The translations under genes were made by a program, and so were the position numbers. A DNA stretch of 64,000 nt. It comes from Candidatus Eiseniibacteriota bacterium (lineage in GTDB: Bacteria; Eisenbacteria; RBG-16-71-46). The notes below the pieces were generated by a model that saw only the letters and a list, made by a program, of their open reading frames with translations, did no database searches and was not told where the DNA came from. Location of the stretch: assembly GCA_963707915.1 (NCBI GenBank), contig OY970178.1, positions 3,094,103 to 3,158,102 on the forward strand, read 5' to 3'. Shown here one piece after another: positions 19,239-27,560 of this stretch (its first letter is position 1; each line of letters starts with the position of its first letter).

Positions 19239-19867
19239 CTGGATCCTTCCTTGCGGGGGCCCGGCGCGCGGCGCGCGCCCGCCACCCTGAAGTCGCCGAG
19301 CATGTCCTGGGCGAGCAGCGAGACCAGCCGTTCCGTGCTCATGACCCGTCCCCAGCCGAACAGCGTCTCGTGGTCCTCGCCGGAGCGGAAGTGCACACCG
19401 GCCCACAGGACCCGGCCGCTCGCGGCCTCGACCAGCCGCAGCGTGCCGCCCACGGCGGGCACGTCCAGGTCGCCGCTGCGCAACCGTCCGCTCTCGAGCA
19501 CGCTGCCCATCAGCAGGTAGGGGGCGCGCAGGGCCTCGCCCAGCTCGCGGACCTGCGCCGGCGTGAGCGAGCCGCCCGAACGGATGCCCAGCGAGTCCAT
19601 CGCCTCGTCCACCTGCCCGGGCTCGGCCATCTCGAGGGCGCCGCTGGCGACCAGCTGGGCGAAGAACACCTTGCTGAAGAGCGCGCCCTGCTCCTCGCGG
19701 CCCGCGAGGTTCTCGAACGGCACGAGCGCGGCGCGCGGGTGGTCCGCGGGCACGGTGCCTCCGGCGGAGCGACGCAGGGCCGGTGCGCTCCCGGCGCACA
19801 GCACCGCCAGGCCGGCGAGGACGGCGAGCCGCAGCCCGATCGCGATGCGCCCGTGACGTCGAGCCAT
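19235..19867 (-). CDS. lipoprotein with an LpoB/CsgG-like (TolB-N-like) fold
   Basis: Signal/lipobox region ...LAVLCAGSAP, then the motif AALVPFENLAGREEQG. Paralog of the next gene. 4-nt overlap with the downstream gene. Confidence 0.6.
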   Translation of the reverse strand: MARRHGRIAIGLRLAVLAGLAVLCAGSAPALRRSAGGTVPADHPRAALVPFENLAGREEQGALFSKVFFAQLVASGALEMAEPGQVDEAMDSLGIRSGGSLTPAQVRELGEALRAPYLLMGSVLESGRLRSGDLDVPAVGGTLRLVEAASGRVLWAGVHFRSGEDHETLFGWGRVMSTERLVSLLAQDMLGDFRVAGARRAPGPRKEGSR

Positions 19868-19869
19868 GG

Positions 19870-20460
19870 TCAGAACGCCCTCCCGCGCAGCCGGGCCACG
19901 AGCTCGTCGCAGGCGTCCTGCGTCAGCCGTCCCAGCGAGCGCGAACTCTGGCCGAGGACCGGGATGCGGCTCTTGCCGCGCTTCGCGATCGAGGACCGCC
20001 AGACCACGTTCCCGGTGTTGGCGTCCAGCAGCTCCGCGTCGAACGACAGGACCGGGATGTCGCCGTTCTCCGTGCGCTGCATGGTGTACTCGCTGACCGC
20101 GCCGCGCAGCACGCCGGTGGCTCCCAGCCGGAGGGCCACCTCCTTGAGCTTCTGCAGGTCATACGTCCCGTCCGTCTCCGGCATGACGTTGTCCTTCAGC
20201 AGGGCGGTGCGGAACTCCTCGGGCTGCACGATCTGGTAGCGGTCCGTCATGATCAGCGAGGTGATGAAGGCGCGCGTGACGCGCGGTCCGGCCAGCCCCT
20301 CGCTGCTCAGGTTGGTGAACGGCAGCACGGCGATCCTGGTGTAGAAGGCCATGTCCGCGTCGGGATTCAGGTAGACCCGGGAGACCGGGGCGCAGGAGAG
20401 CAGGAGCAGGCCCAGGGCGGCGGCCGCCATGCGTGCCAGAGGATGGTGCTTCCCGGCCAT
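19870..20460 (-). CDS. lipoprotein with an LpoB/CsgG-like fold (paralog of 19235..19867)
   Basis: Lipobox LLLSCAP, then RIAVLPFTNLSSEGLAG, a motif typical of the LpoB/CsgG/GNA1162 lipoprotein fold. Confidence 0.65.
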   Translation of the reverse strand: MAGKHHPLARMAAAALGLLLLSCAPVSRVYLNPDADMAFYTRIAVLPFTNLSSEGLAGPRVTRAFITSLIMTDRYQIVQPEEFRTALLKDNVMPETDGTYDLQKLKEVALRLGATGVLRGAVSEYTMQRTENGDIPVLSFDAELLDANTGNVVWRSSIAKRGKSRIPVLGQSSRSLGRLTQDACDELVARLRGRAF

Positions 20461-20461
20461 G

Positions 20462-22111
20462 CTACCTCCAGAGACTCTGGGACAAGGTCGCGCTCACCTG
20501 CCGGGCGCGGGTGGGAAGACCCGGGTCCGCCTGAGTGTAGCGAATCGTGGCGTGCAGGTCGCGGTTCAATGCCACGGCGAGCCAGGCGCCGTAGGCCTCA
20601 CGGCCGGCCGTGAGCGACGTGCCGGGGTCGCGCAGTTGCTGGTTCGCGCGGGTGTAGGTGCCGCTCGCCTGGACGGTGCGCGAGGGGGTCCACTGCACGC
20701 TGGCCTGCAGCGTCGAGCGGTCGGGCGCGTTGCGCACGAAGCCCCCGGCGCGGCCCCAGCTGCCGCTCGCCTGCAGCTTCTCCGAGGCCCGCCAGTCGAG
20801 GCTCGTCGTGTAGGTGGTCGAGGCCGGGCCGTCGCCCCGCAGCGTCGCGCCGGTGCGGTAGCGCCGCAGGTTCGCATTGAGGGTGACGGTGCGCAGCGGC
20901 ACCGCGCGCAGGCCGGCGGCGGTCTGCAGCGTCACCAGGGTCGCGGCCGGGCCGGTTTCGAGGCCCGCGCTGGGGCGGTCGGCCCTGGAGAGCGAGGCCT
21001 CGCCGAAGGCGTCGAACCCCTTCGAGAGCCGCATCCGCGTGTTCGAGCGGATGCTCTGGACCGGGCGGGCGCGGTCGCCGGGGAGCCAGTTCCACGACTG
21101 GTTCGCGCTCGCTCCCAACCTCCACCCGGGCCGGGCGTCGCCCTCGGCCGAGGCCGACGTGCTCAGGAAGCTCTCGGTCTCCTCGCTGCCCGCGACGTTG
21201 ACGCTGCGCACTCCGCCGCCGCCGGACAACTGCACCGCCTTCCAGGGCCGGTGGATGACGCTGAGTGAGCCGTCGTGATCGACCTCGGTCGTGGTGGCGA
21301 ACTGCGTGGTGCCCACGCTCCGGAAGCTGTAGGCGAGACTGGCAGAGGTCCGCTTGGAGATCGCCAGCCCCCCGTTCGCGGACGCGCTGTGCACGCGCGA
21401 GGTGGCGTCATGGGCCCCGTCGACCTGCCTGCGCGACTGGTTGTAGTCGTACTGGAGGACGGCATTCGCACGCCGGTTCTCGAGGCGCACGGTCGAGCCG
21501 GCGTTGACGTTCTCCTCGCTCCCGGTCCGCCGCCGCGCGCTGCGGTCCTCGTTGGCCAGGTCGCCGTAGCCCGCGTGGAGGTTCAGCCGCCCCAGGTCGT
21601 AGTTGGCCATCAGGCTGCGCCTCACGGCCGCTGTGCCCGGGAACGGGCCGCTCGCATCCTGGTTGCGACGGTTCCACGAGGCCGACAGCTGGGGAAGCCC
21701 GGCCCGCTGGAAGTAGCCCGTCAGGTTGGTCTCCTGCTGGCGGGTCGTGAGGTTGCGCGAATCGACGACCGTGATCGGCCGGTAGGAGCCGAACAGCCCG
21801 AACAGCGGATGGGCCAGGCGCAGGGAGCCCTGCGGGAGGATCTGGCGGTCGGGTCGTCCGATGGTGCGCTGGTCGGTGAACTGGAACCGGGACGAGAGCT
21901 CGTAGGCCTTGCGGAAGCGGCGGGAGTAGTCGAGTTGCACGGAGGTGAGCCACCATTCCACGTCGTTGGCCGGGTCCAGCAGGCTGAGCTTCGAGTATTG
22001 CACCTCGGCGACTCCCCGGATCTTCTGCTGGGCGTCAGCGGGCCCGGCGAGCAGAACGGCCGCCATCGATGCCGCCACCAGCCCCGCCCCCAGCGCTCTT
22101 CGCCGCATCAT
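20462..22111 (-). CDS. outer-membrane beta-barrel protein
   Basis: Start MMRRRALGAGLVAASMAAVLLAGPADA. 549 aa rich in alternating strands and in Ser/Thr/Asn/Gln/Tyr. Start overlaps the upstream cytochrome stop. Confidence 0.6.
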   Translation of the reverse strand: MMRRRALGAGLVAASMAAVLLAGPADAQQKIRGVAEVQYSKLSLLDPANDVEWWLTSVQLDYSRRFRKAYELSSRFQFTDQRTIGRPDRQILPQGSLRLAHPLFGLFGSYRPITVVDSRNLTTRQQETNLTGYFQRAGLPQLSASWNRRNQDASGPFPGTAAVRRSLMANYDLGRLNLHAGYGDLANEDRSARRRTGSEENVNAGSTVRLENRRANAVLQYDYNQSRRQVDGAHDATSRVHSASANGGLAISKRTSASLAYSFRSVGTTQFATTTEVDHDGSLSVIHRPWKAVQLSGGGGVRSVNVAGSEETESFLSTSASAEGDARPGWRLGASANQSWNWLPGDRARPVQSIRSNTRMRLSKGFDAFGEASLSRADRPSAGLETGPAATLVTLQTAAGLRAVPLRTVTLNANLRRYRTGATLRGDGPASTTYTTSLDWRASEKLQASGSWGRAGGFVRNAPDRSTLQASVQWTPSRTVQASGTYTRANQQLRDPGTSLTAGREAYGAWLAVALNRDLHATIRYTQADPGLPTRARQVSATLSQSLWR

Positions 22112-23511
22112 CGAGCATAGTTGATCGTGTACGACTCGGGATCGTGACACGTCGGCGAGCAGGTGCCGCCGCTGGCCGTCTCGGTGTAGGAGCCGATGCC
22201 CGGGTTGCGCCCCGTGGCGATGAGATGGCGCTGGTCGGGCGAGCCGTGCGTGACGTGGCAGGCGTAACAGGGGACGTGCTCCTCGCCGACGTGCTCGGCG
22301 TGGCCCTTGTCCACCCCGGGCTTGTTGAACCGCGAGAGGGCCCTCGTCGCCTCGGGCGCGCCCGGGTCCGCGTAGACTTCGGGGGTGTGGCAGGCGAAGC
22401 AGATCTCGCCGGTGCTCATCGTCCGCGGCTGGGGCGAGGCGGTGTAGGGCTGCGTCAGGATGTAGCGGTACGAGGAGCCGTGCGGCCCGCGCGTGGACCC
22501 GACGAAATCGCTGCCGTGGCAATCGCCGCAGCGCGTGAGGCTGGCGGCGCTCCAGCCGGGCGCGAACGCGCCGGCCGGGATCCCCGGGTTGCGGCCCGCG
22601 GCCTCGACCGGGTGGAACGACTCGTTCGCCGGGTTCAGGACCAGGGCCAGGTCGGTCTGCCCCGAGGGCTGGCTGGTCCAGGACGAATGGCACTTGAAGC
22701 AGAGCTGGTATTCCGCCACCGGCGCGCTCAGCGTATCGGAGCCGGCGGCGAACGTGAACGTGGGGGGCGTGCCCGCCGGGCCGTTCTGCACCAGCACCCG
22801 ACTCACGCCCAGGTTGGTGCGCGAGAGCCCGGGGGCGGCCGGCGTGGCGGGCCGGTCGGCGCCGGCCACGTGCGGGTTGTGGCAGTCGACGCACTCGGAG
22901 TGGCGCGCGTTCGCGGGCGAGACCCCGAAGTCGGCGGGATCGGATTCGGCCGGTCCCTTGTGGCGCCCGGAGTAGAGCCGCACCGGGTGCCGGTAGACCT
23001 TGGCGAGATCGGCGCCGATGTTGGTGGAAGCGGGCGCGCCGTCATGGCAGGTGAGGCAGAGAGTCTCCTCGCGCCCGATGGCGAGCGCCGGGATCAGCCC
23101 GCCGGCGTCCGACCAGCCGTGCGGGTCGTGGCAGTTGAGGCACTTGCCCTCCGCGCCCGGCTCGGTGCGTGGCGGGGGGGTGGGCCCCGGCCAGGCGGTC
23201 CCGGTGGCCGTGCCGTGAGAGGCGCCGGAGTACACCCAGGGCCCCGCGTAGCTGCCGGCCGTCCAGGGCTTGTCGTGGCAGCGGTCGCAAAGCGAGTTGT
23301 CGTCCGGGCCGAGCAGCGCGTGCCCGTAGACGACATCCCCCTGGCCGTGCACGGTGTGGCACTGGTCGCAGTCGCCCGCGTGCGCGCCCTGCGCCAGGAG
23401 CTTCTCGACGCCGGCGGGGGTGCGATAGGGATGCAGGGGCTGCGCTCCAGTCGCCAGCAGGCACACCAACGCCAGCCCCGCGAGGCTCGAGACGAGATCC
23501 CTCGGTCGCAT
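22108..23511 (-). CDS. multiheme c-type cytochrome (about 9 CxxCH plus 1 CX3CH)
   Basis: Start MRPRDLVSSLAGLALVCLLATGAQP, possibly a lipoprotein. Motifs CDQCH, CDRCH, CLNCH, CLTCH, CVDCH, CFKCH, CGDCH, CFACH, CYACH and CSPTCH. Confidence 0.8.
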   Translation of the reverse strand: MRPRDLVSSLAGLALVCLLATGAQPLHPYRTPAGVEKLLAQGAHAGDCDQCHTVHGQGDVVYGHALLGPDDNSLCDRCHDKPWTAGSYAGPWVYSGASHGTATGTAWPGPTPPPRTEPGAEGKCLNCHDPHGWSDAGGLIPALAIGREETLCLTCHDGAPASTNIGADLAKVYRHPVRLYSGRHKGPAESDPADFGVSPANARHSECVDCHNPHVAGADRPATPAAPGLSRTNLGVSRVLVQNGPAGTPPTFTFAAGSDTLSAPVAEYQLCFKCHSSWTSQPSGQTDLALVLNPANESFHPVEAAGRNPGIPAGAFAPGWSAASLTRCGDCHGSDFVGSTRGPHGSSYRYILTQPYTASPQPRTMSTGEICFACHTPEVYADPGAPEATRALSRFNKPGVDKGHAEHVGEEHVPCYACHVTHGSPDQRHLIATGRNPGIGSYTETASGGTCSPTCHDPESYTINYAR

Positions 23512-23591
23512 GCTGCCCAGATTAGCCCAGCGCGTCGAAAACCTCACGCTGCCCACCCGTCCCGGCCTGGAAGTGGATGCCCGATGGACAT

Positions 23592-23622
23592 CCGGCCGAC
23601 TCCGGGATGCGGAGCCGGCCGG
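23592..23622 (-). terminator. GC-rich hairpin just downstream of the OmcS-like gene (possible partial terminator or attenuator)
   Basis: 13-bp stem with one mismatch (CCGGCCGACTCCG / CGGAGCCGGCCGG) and a 5-nt loop. No U-tract follows. Confidence 0.35.
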
Positions 23623-23644
23623 ACCTTGCCCGATGTTGCGAGGC

Positions 23645-24718
23645 TCAGGGGATGATCGCGACCGGGTTGCCGGCCGGGAAGCTGCCCTGGGTGTGGCACT
23701 GACGGCACAGGTCGCGGTACTCGCCGCCGTCACCCTGCTCGGTGATGTCGGTCGGGGTTGCGGGCGTGTTGGGACCGGTCGTGGTGTTGTCCACGAACCA
23801 GATCAGCCCGAAGCCGTTCTGGTTGCCGTGCGACTTGTGGCAGGTGAAGCACGACGGGGTCGCGGTGGCGGTCGAACCGTCCCACTGGCCCAGCCCGTCC
23901 ATCAGCTTGACCTTGTGCGTGTGCAGGTTCAGCTGGGTGCGGTTGCTGGTGCTGAGGTCCACGCCGGCCGTCGGGTGACGGACCACGCCGTCGACGGTCT
24001 CGATGTTGGCGTCCGCCGGTGAGCCGTGGAAGGTCGTGTGGCAGGCCTGGCACCATGCGCCGTAGGCGCTCGTGGTCTGGCTCGGCTCCTGGTAGTTGAC
24101 GTTGTTCCAGCCGTAGCCGCGCGCGGCCGCCTCGTAGACGTCCTTCGTGTTGGTGGGCGTCCCGCCGATCTCGTAGGAGACGAACCGGTTGTAGAAGGCG
24201 TTGGTGCTGCGCGTGCTGCTCTTCAGGTTGCGGTAGTTCGCCGCGCCGTGCGCGGAGTGGCAGTCCGCACAACCCAGGCCGCTCGCGCTCACGGGCGAAG
24301 TCGTGCCGCTGAAGCCCGGCGGCGTGGCGGTCGACCACAGCGTGTGGCCGTCACCGACGGAGTAGCCGGCGTCGTTCGTGTAGCCGTGGCCCGACTCGAC
24401 GTTCAGCGCACCGGCGAGGCGGCCGTTCAGCGGGGCCGCGCTCGTGGTGCCGAGCACGTCCGGAACGTCCGTGCGACCGTCGTGGCACGAGAGGCACACC
24501 GCGTTGACCGACGACTGGCGCAGCAGCTTCGCGAACGGAGCGCCGGCGCCCGGAGGATTCAGCTCGCCGGTCTCGGGGTAGGTGTGCGACTGCTGGCCGT
24601 GCATCACGTGGCAATCGCTGCAGACCAGCAACTGGCCGACGTGATAGTCGCCCGACAACGCGACGGTCGTGAGACCGGCGAGGGCCAGGACGACGAGGGA
24701 GAGCAACAGGCGCTTCAT
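23645..24718 (-). CDS. omcS-like: OmcS-family hexaheme c-type cytochrome (nanowire-type extracellular cytochrome)
   Basis: Signal peptide MKRLLLSLVVLALAGLTTVALS and six CxxCH motifs. Motif-by-motif resemblance to Geobacter OmcS as recalled from memory: CSDCHVMHG vs CEGCHTMHN; CLSCHDG vs CLNCHQH; WCQACHTTFHGSP vs WCANCHTDIHNS; CFTCHKSHG vs CLSCHRAHA; C-terminal LCRQCH vs LCNKCH. Long Ser/Thr/Gly-rich inter-heme spacers. Confidence 0.75.
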   Translation of the reverse strand: MKRLLLSLVVLALAGLTTVALSGDYHVGQLLVCSDCHVMHGQQSHTYPETGELNPPGAGAPFAKLLRQSSVNAVCLSCHDGRTDVPDVLGTTSAAPLNGRLAGALNVESGHGYTNDAGYSVGDGHTLWSTATPPGFSGTTSPVSASGLGCADCHSAHGAANYRNLKSSTRSTNAFYNRFVSYEIGGTPTNTKDVYEAAARGYGWNNVNYQEPSQTTSAYGAWCQACHTTFHGSPADANIETVDGVVRHPTAGVDLSTSNRTQLNLHTHKVKLMDGLGQWDGSTATATPSCFTCHKSHGNQNGFGLIWFVDNTTTGPNTPATPTDITEQGDGGEYRDLCRQCHTQGSFPAGNPVAIIP

Positions 24719-25276
24719 GAGTTTGCTCCTCGTGGTGGTGGGGGATGCTTCGGGTTCGAATCTTCAGGAGTCGGGTCTGAAGGTAACGAGCGAGTTGCGC
24801 TGACCCCCCTTTCGAACCCGGGAGTGGGAACGAGTGCTGGTCCAGCGGCGTTTCGCAGGACCGTGCTCGATTCGAACGGACCTTCCTGAGCCTTCGGATC
24901 GGGCGGGAGGCGGGAGGCGTTCTGCCTCCCTCCGTCACCCTGCGTCTCGACCACGAGTGACTCAGGACGTTGAGACGGGAACGATGATACGGTAATGTGA
25001 ACTGCGCGTCTAGGTGAAAGTACTGATGCGAGGTCCGCAGTCCACCTGTGGTCTGGTGTTCTAAAGTACCATGTGCCATCTAGATACGTAGACTAATGGC
25101 TATCAACGACATGAGTCCGCTTCTGGGAACGGATGGTCCTTACCGGCGCTTGCCGAATCAACTGGAGTCTGAAATCCTCCGTCGACTAGGCCATTTCCCG
25201 CTCTTGTGTTCCATAAAGAAACGATTGGTTGGATGGTCTTCCGCCCGTCGAGTGACCCATAATTCCGAGGGAAGTC

Positions 25277-27487
25277 GTGAATCTTGGTGACCTGCTGCTG
25301 AAGCTCGCATTCCTGCTCGCGGTCCCGGCCGCCTTCCTCTTCTTCCAGGACGTCCGGGGCCGCCGCGGGCCCGCAGCGGCTGAATGGATGTTCGGGCTCC
25401 ACTCGGCCGCCATCCTCGGCGCGGTCGTCACGCTCTGGGCGCTCTTCCTCGGCCACCGCTTCGAGTACGCCTACATCGCCGAGTACAGTTCCCGCGCCCT
25501 CTCGCCCGCGCTCACCTTTGCGGCCTCCTGGGCCGGGCAGGAGGGCAGCATCCTGCTCTGGGCACTGCTCATGGCGCTGGTGGGCGTCGCCCTGATGCGG
25601 CAGCCGGGGCCGCTCTCCCGGCCGGCGATGTTCTTCGTCGCGCTCGCCCAGCTCGGCCTGCTGGTGCTGCTCCTGGTGCGCAGTCCGTTCCGCGTGAGCC
25701 ACGTCACCCCGGCGGACGGCCAGGGCCTGAACCCGCTGCTCGAGGATCCCTGGATGGTCGTCCATCCGCCGGTGCTCTTCGTGGGGTACGCGGCGATGGT
25801 GGCCCCCTTCGCCCTGGCGGGCGCCGCGCTGGTGCTCGGTCTGTGGCGCGAATGGAACCGCGCCGTTTGGCCCTGGGTGCTGTTCGCGGTGCTCTCGCTC
25901 GGAACCGGCATCGCCCTCGGCGGCATCTGGGCCTACAAGGTGCTGGGCTGGGGCGGCTACTGGGGCTGGGACCCGGTCGAGAACGCCTCGCTCGTGCCCT
26001 GGCTCGTCGCGGTCGCGCTCCTGCACGGCCTGTTCATCCAGAAGACCACCGGTGGGCTGGTGCGCAGCAACCTGCTCATGGCGTTCCTGGGATGGCTCAC
26101 CGTGCTCGGCGGGACCTACCTGACCCGCAGCGGCGTGCTGCAGGACTTCTCGGTCCACTCCTTCGCCGACTCGGGCCTCAACGTGCCGCTGATCGTCAAC
26201 CTGGCCGGCGCCCTGCTGATCGCGGCCGTGCTGCTGGCCTGGCGCTGGCGCGCGATCGAGTCGAGGCCCACCCGCTGGACCAGCGTCTCGCGCGAGGCCG
26301 CGCTGTGGGTCGGGCTCGTCACGGTGCTGGTCTTCGCGGCCATGGTGACCTTCGGCACGATCGCTCCGCTGCTCACCTCGCTGGCCGGCCGGCCCGCCAG
26401 CGTGCGCCCGTCGTTCTACCAGTCGATGAGCGTGCCGCTCGGCGTCCTGCTGGTGCTGGTCATGGCGGTCGCGCCGGCGCTGCGCTGGTCGCGGCAGGTG
26501 GGGTTCGGCTGGCTCACGGCGCTCGCCCCGGGGTTCCTGTGCGCGCTGCTGGCGTTCGGGGGCGCGCTCCTCACGGGCGTGCGGGACGGGGCGCACCTGG
26601 CGCTGCTCGCCACGACCGGGTTCGCCCTCGGGATCAACGCGTGGATGACCGTGAAGCTGTTCCGCCGCGGCTGGAGCTACGGCGCGGGCTACCTCGGGCA
26701 CGCGGGGCTCGCCATCATGATCCTGGGGATGGTGATGTCCACGGCGCTGGGACGCACCGAGCGCCTGACGCTGCGGACGGGCGAATCGGGGCAGGCCCTC
26801 GGCTACACGATCACCTACCGCGGAGACCATTTCGATCCGCGCGGTGGCCACCAGCTCGACGTGCTGGTGAGCCGCAAGGGCTGGAGCTTCGAGGCCCGCC
26901 CGCAGCTGCTGAAGATGCCGCAGGGCGAGGGCAGCATGCACAAGCCGGCCATCAGCGGCCGGCGCGAGCTCTACCTGTCGCCAGTGGACGTGCAGCGGCT
27001 GGAGAGCGACGCGGACCGGATCGTGTGGCTGCCGCAGGGCCAGGCGGTGCCGGCGCTGGGACTGACCTGGACCTTCGTGGGGTTCCGGATGGAGTCGCAC
27101 GAGGCCATGCAGGTCCTGGCCGACATCGATGTCCGCCGGAGCGGGCCGGCGGTGCGGATCTCCCCCGGGATGCGCGCCGACGCGCAGGGGACCCGGGCGC
27201 TGCCGGTCGAGGTGGCCGGCCTGGGGCAGGTCACGGTCGAACGGATCGACGCGGATCGCAAGCGGGTGGGTGTGCTGCTCCCGGGTGCCGGGGCGGCGAG
27301 CCAGGCGGTGCTGGAGTTCAGCACCAAGCCGCTGGTCAACCTGGTCTGGGTGGGCGCGCTCATCACCCTGCTCGGGGCCGCGCTGGCCGGCCTGCGCCGT
27401 GCCATCGAGGTCGTGCCTGGCGCGCGACGCCGGCGGGCCGCCGCCGCTCCGGCCGCTCCAGCCGTCCCGACCGGCGGGGCCCGGTAA
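25277..27487 (+). CDS. ccmF: cytochrome c-type biogenesis protein CcmF/NrfE (heme lyase)
   Basis: GTG start with GAGGGAAG upstream. Polytopic membrane protein with the Trp-rich WGGYWGWDPVEN motif typical of CcmF. Confidence 0.85.
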   Translation: MNLGDLLLKLAFLLAVPAAFLFFQDVRGRRGPAAAEWMFGLHSAAILGAVVTLWALFLGHRFEYAYIAEYSSRALSPALTFAASWAGQEGSILLWALLMALVGVALMRQPGPLSRPAMFFVALAQLGLLVLLLVRSPFRVSHVTPADGQGLNPLLEDPWMVVHPPVLFVGYAAMVAPFALAGAALVLGLWREWNRAVWPWVLFAVLSLGTGIALGGIWAYKVLGWGGYWGWDPVENASLVPWLVAVALLHGLFIQKTTGGLVRSNLLMAFLGWLTVLGGTYLTRSGVLQDFSVHSFADSGLNVPLIVNLAGALLIAAVLLAWRWRAIESRPTRWTSVSREAALWVGLVTVLVFAAMVTFGTIAPLLTSLAGRPASVRPSFYQSMSVPLGVLLVLVMAVAPALRWSRQVGFGWLTALAPGFLCALLAFGGALLTGVRDGAHLALLATTGFALGINAWMTVKLFRRGWSYGAGYLGHAGLAIMILGMVMSTALGRTERLTLRTGESGQALGYTITYRGDHFDPRGGHQLDVLVSRKGWSFEARPQLLKMPQGEGSMHKPAISGRRELYLSPVDVQRLESDADRIVWLPQGQAVPALGLTWTFVGFRMESHEAMQVLADIDVRRSGPAVRISPGMRADAQGTRALPVEVAGLGQVTVERIDADRKRVGVLLPGAGAASQAVLEFSTKPLVNLVWVGALITLLGAALAGLRRAIEVVPGARRRRAAAAPAAPAVPTGGAR

Positions 27488-27560
27488 GCGGTCAACTTCG
27501 GCGTGTCGGTGGCCGATAACCCGAGAGCCGCGAGATCGACTCCGGGAGGATGCCACGACG

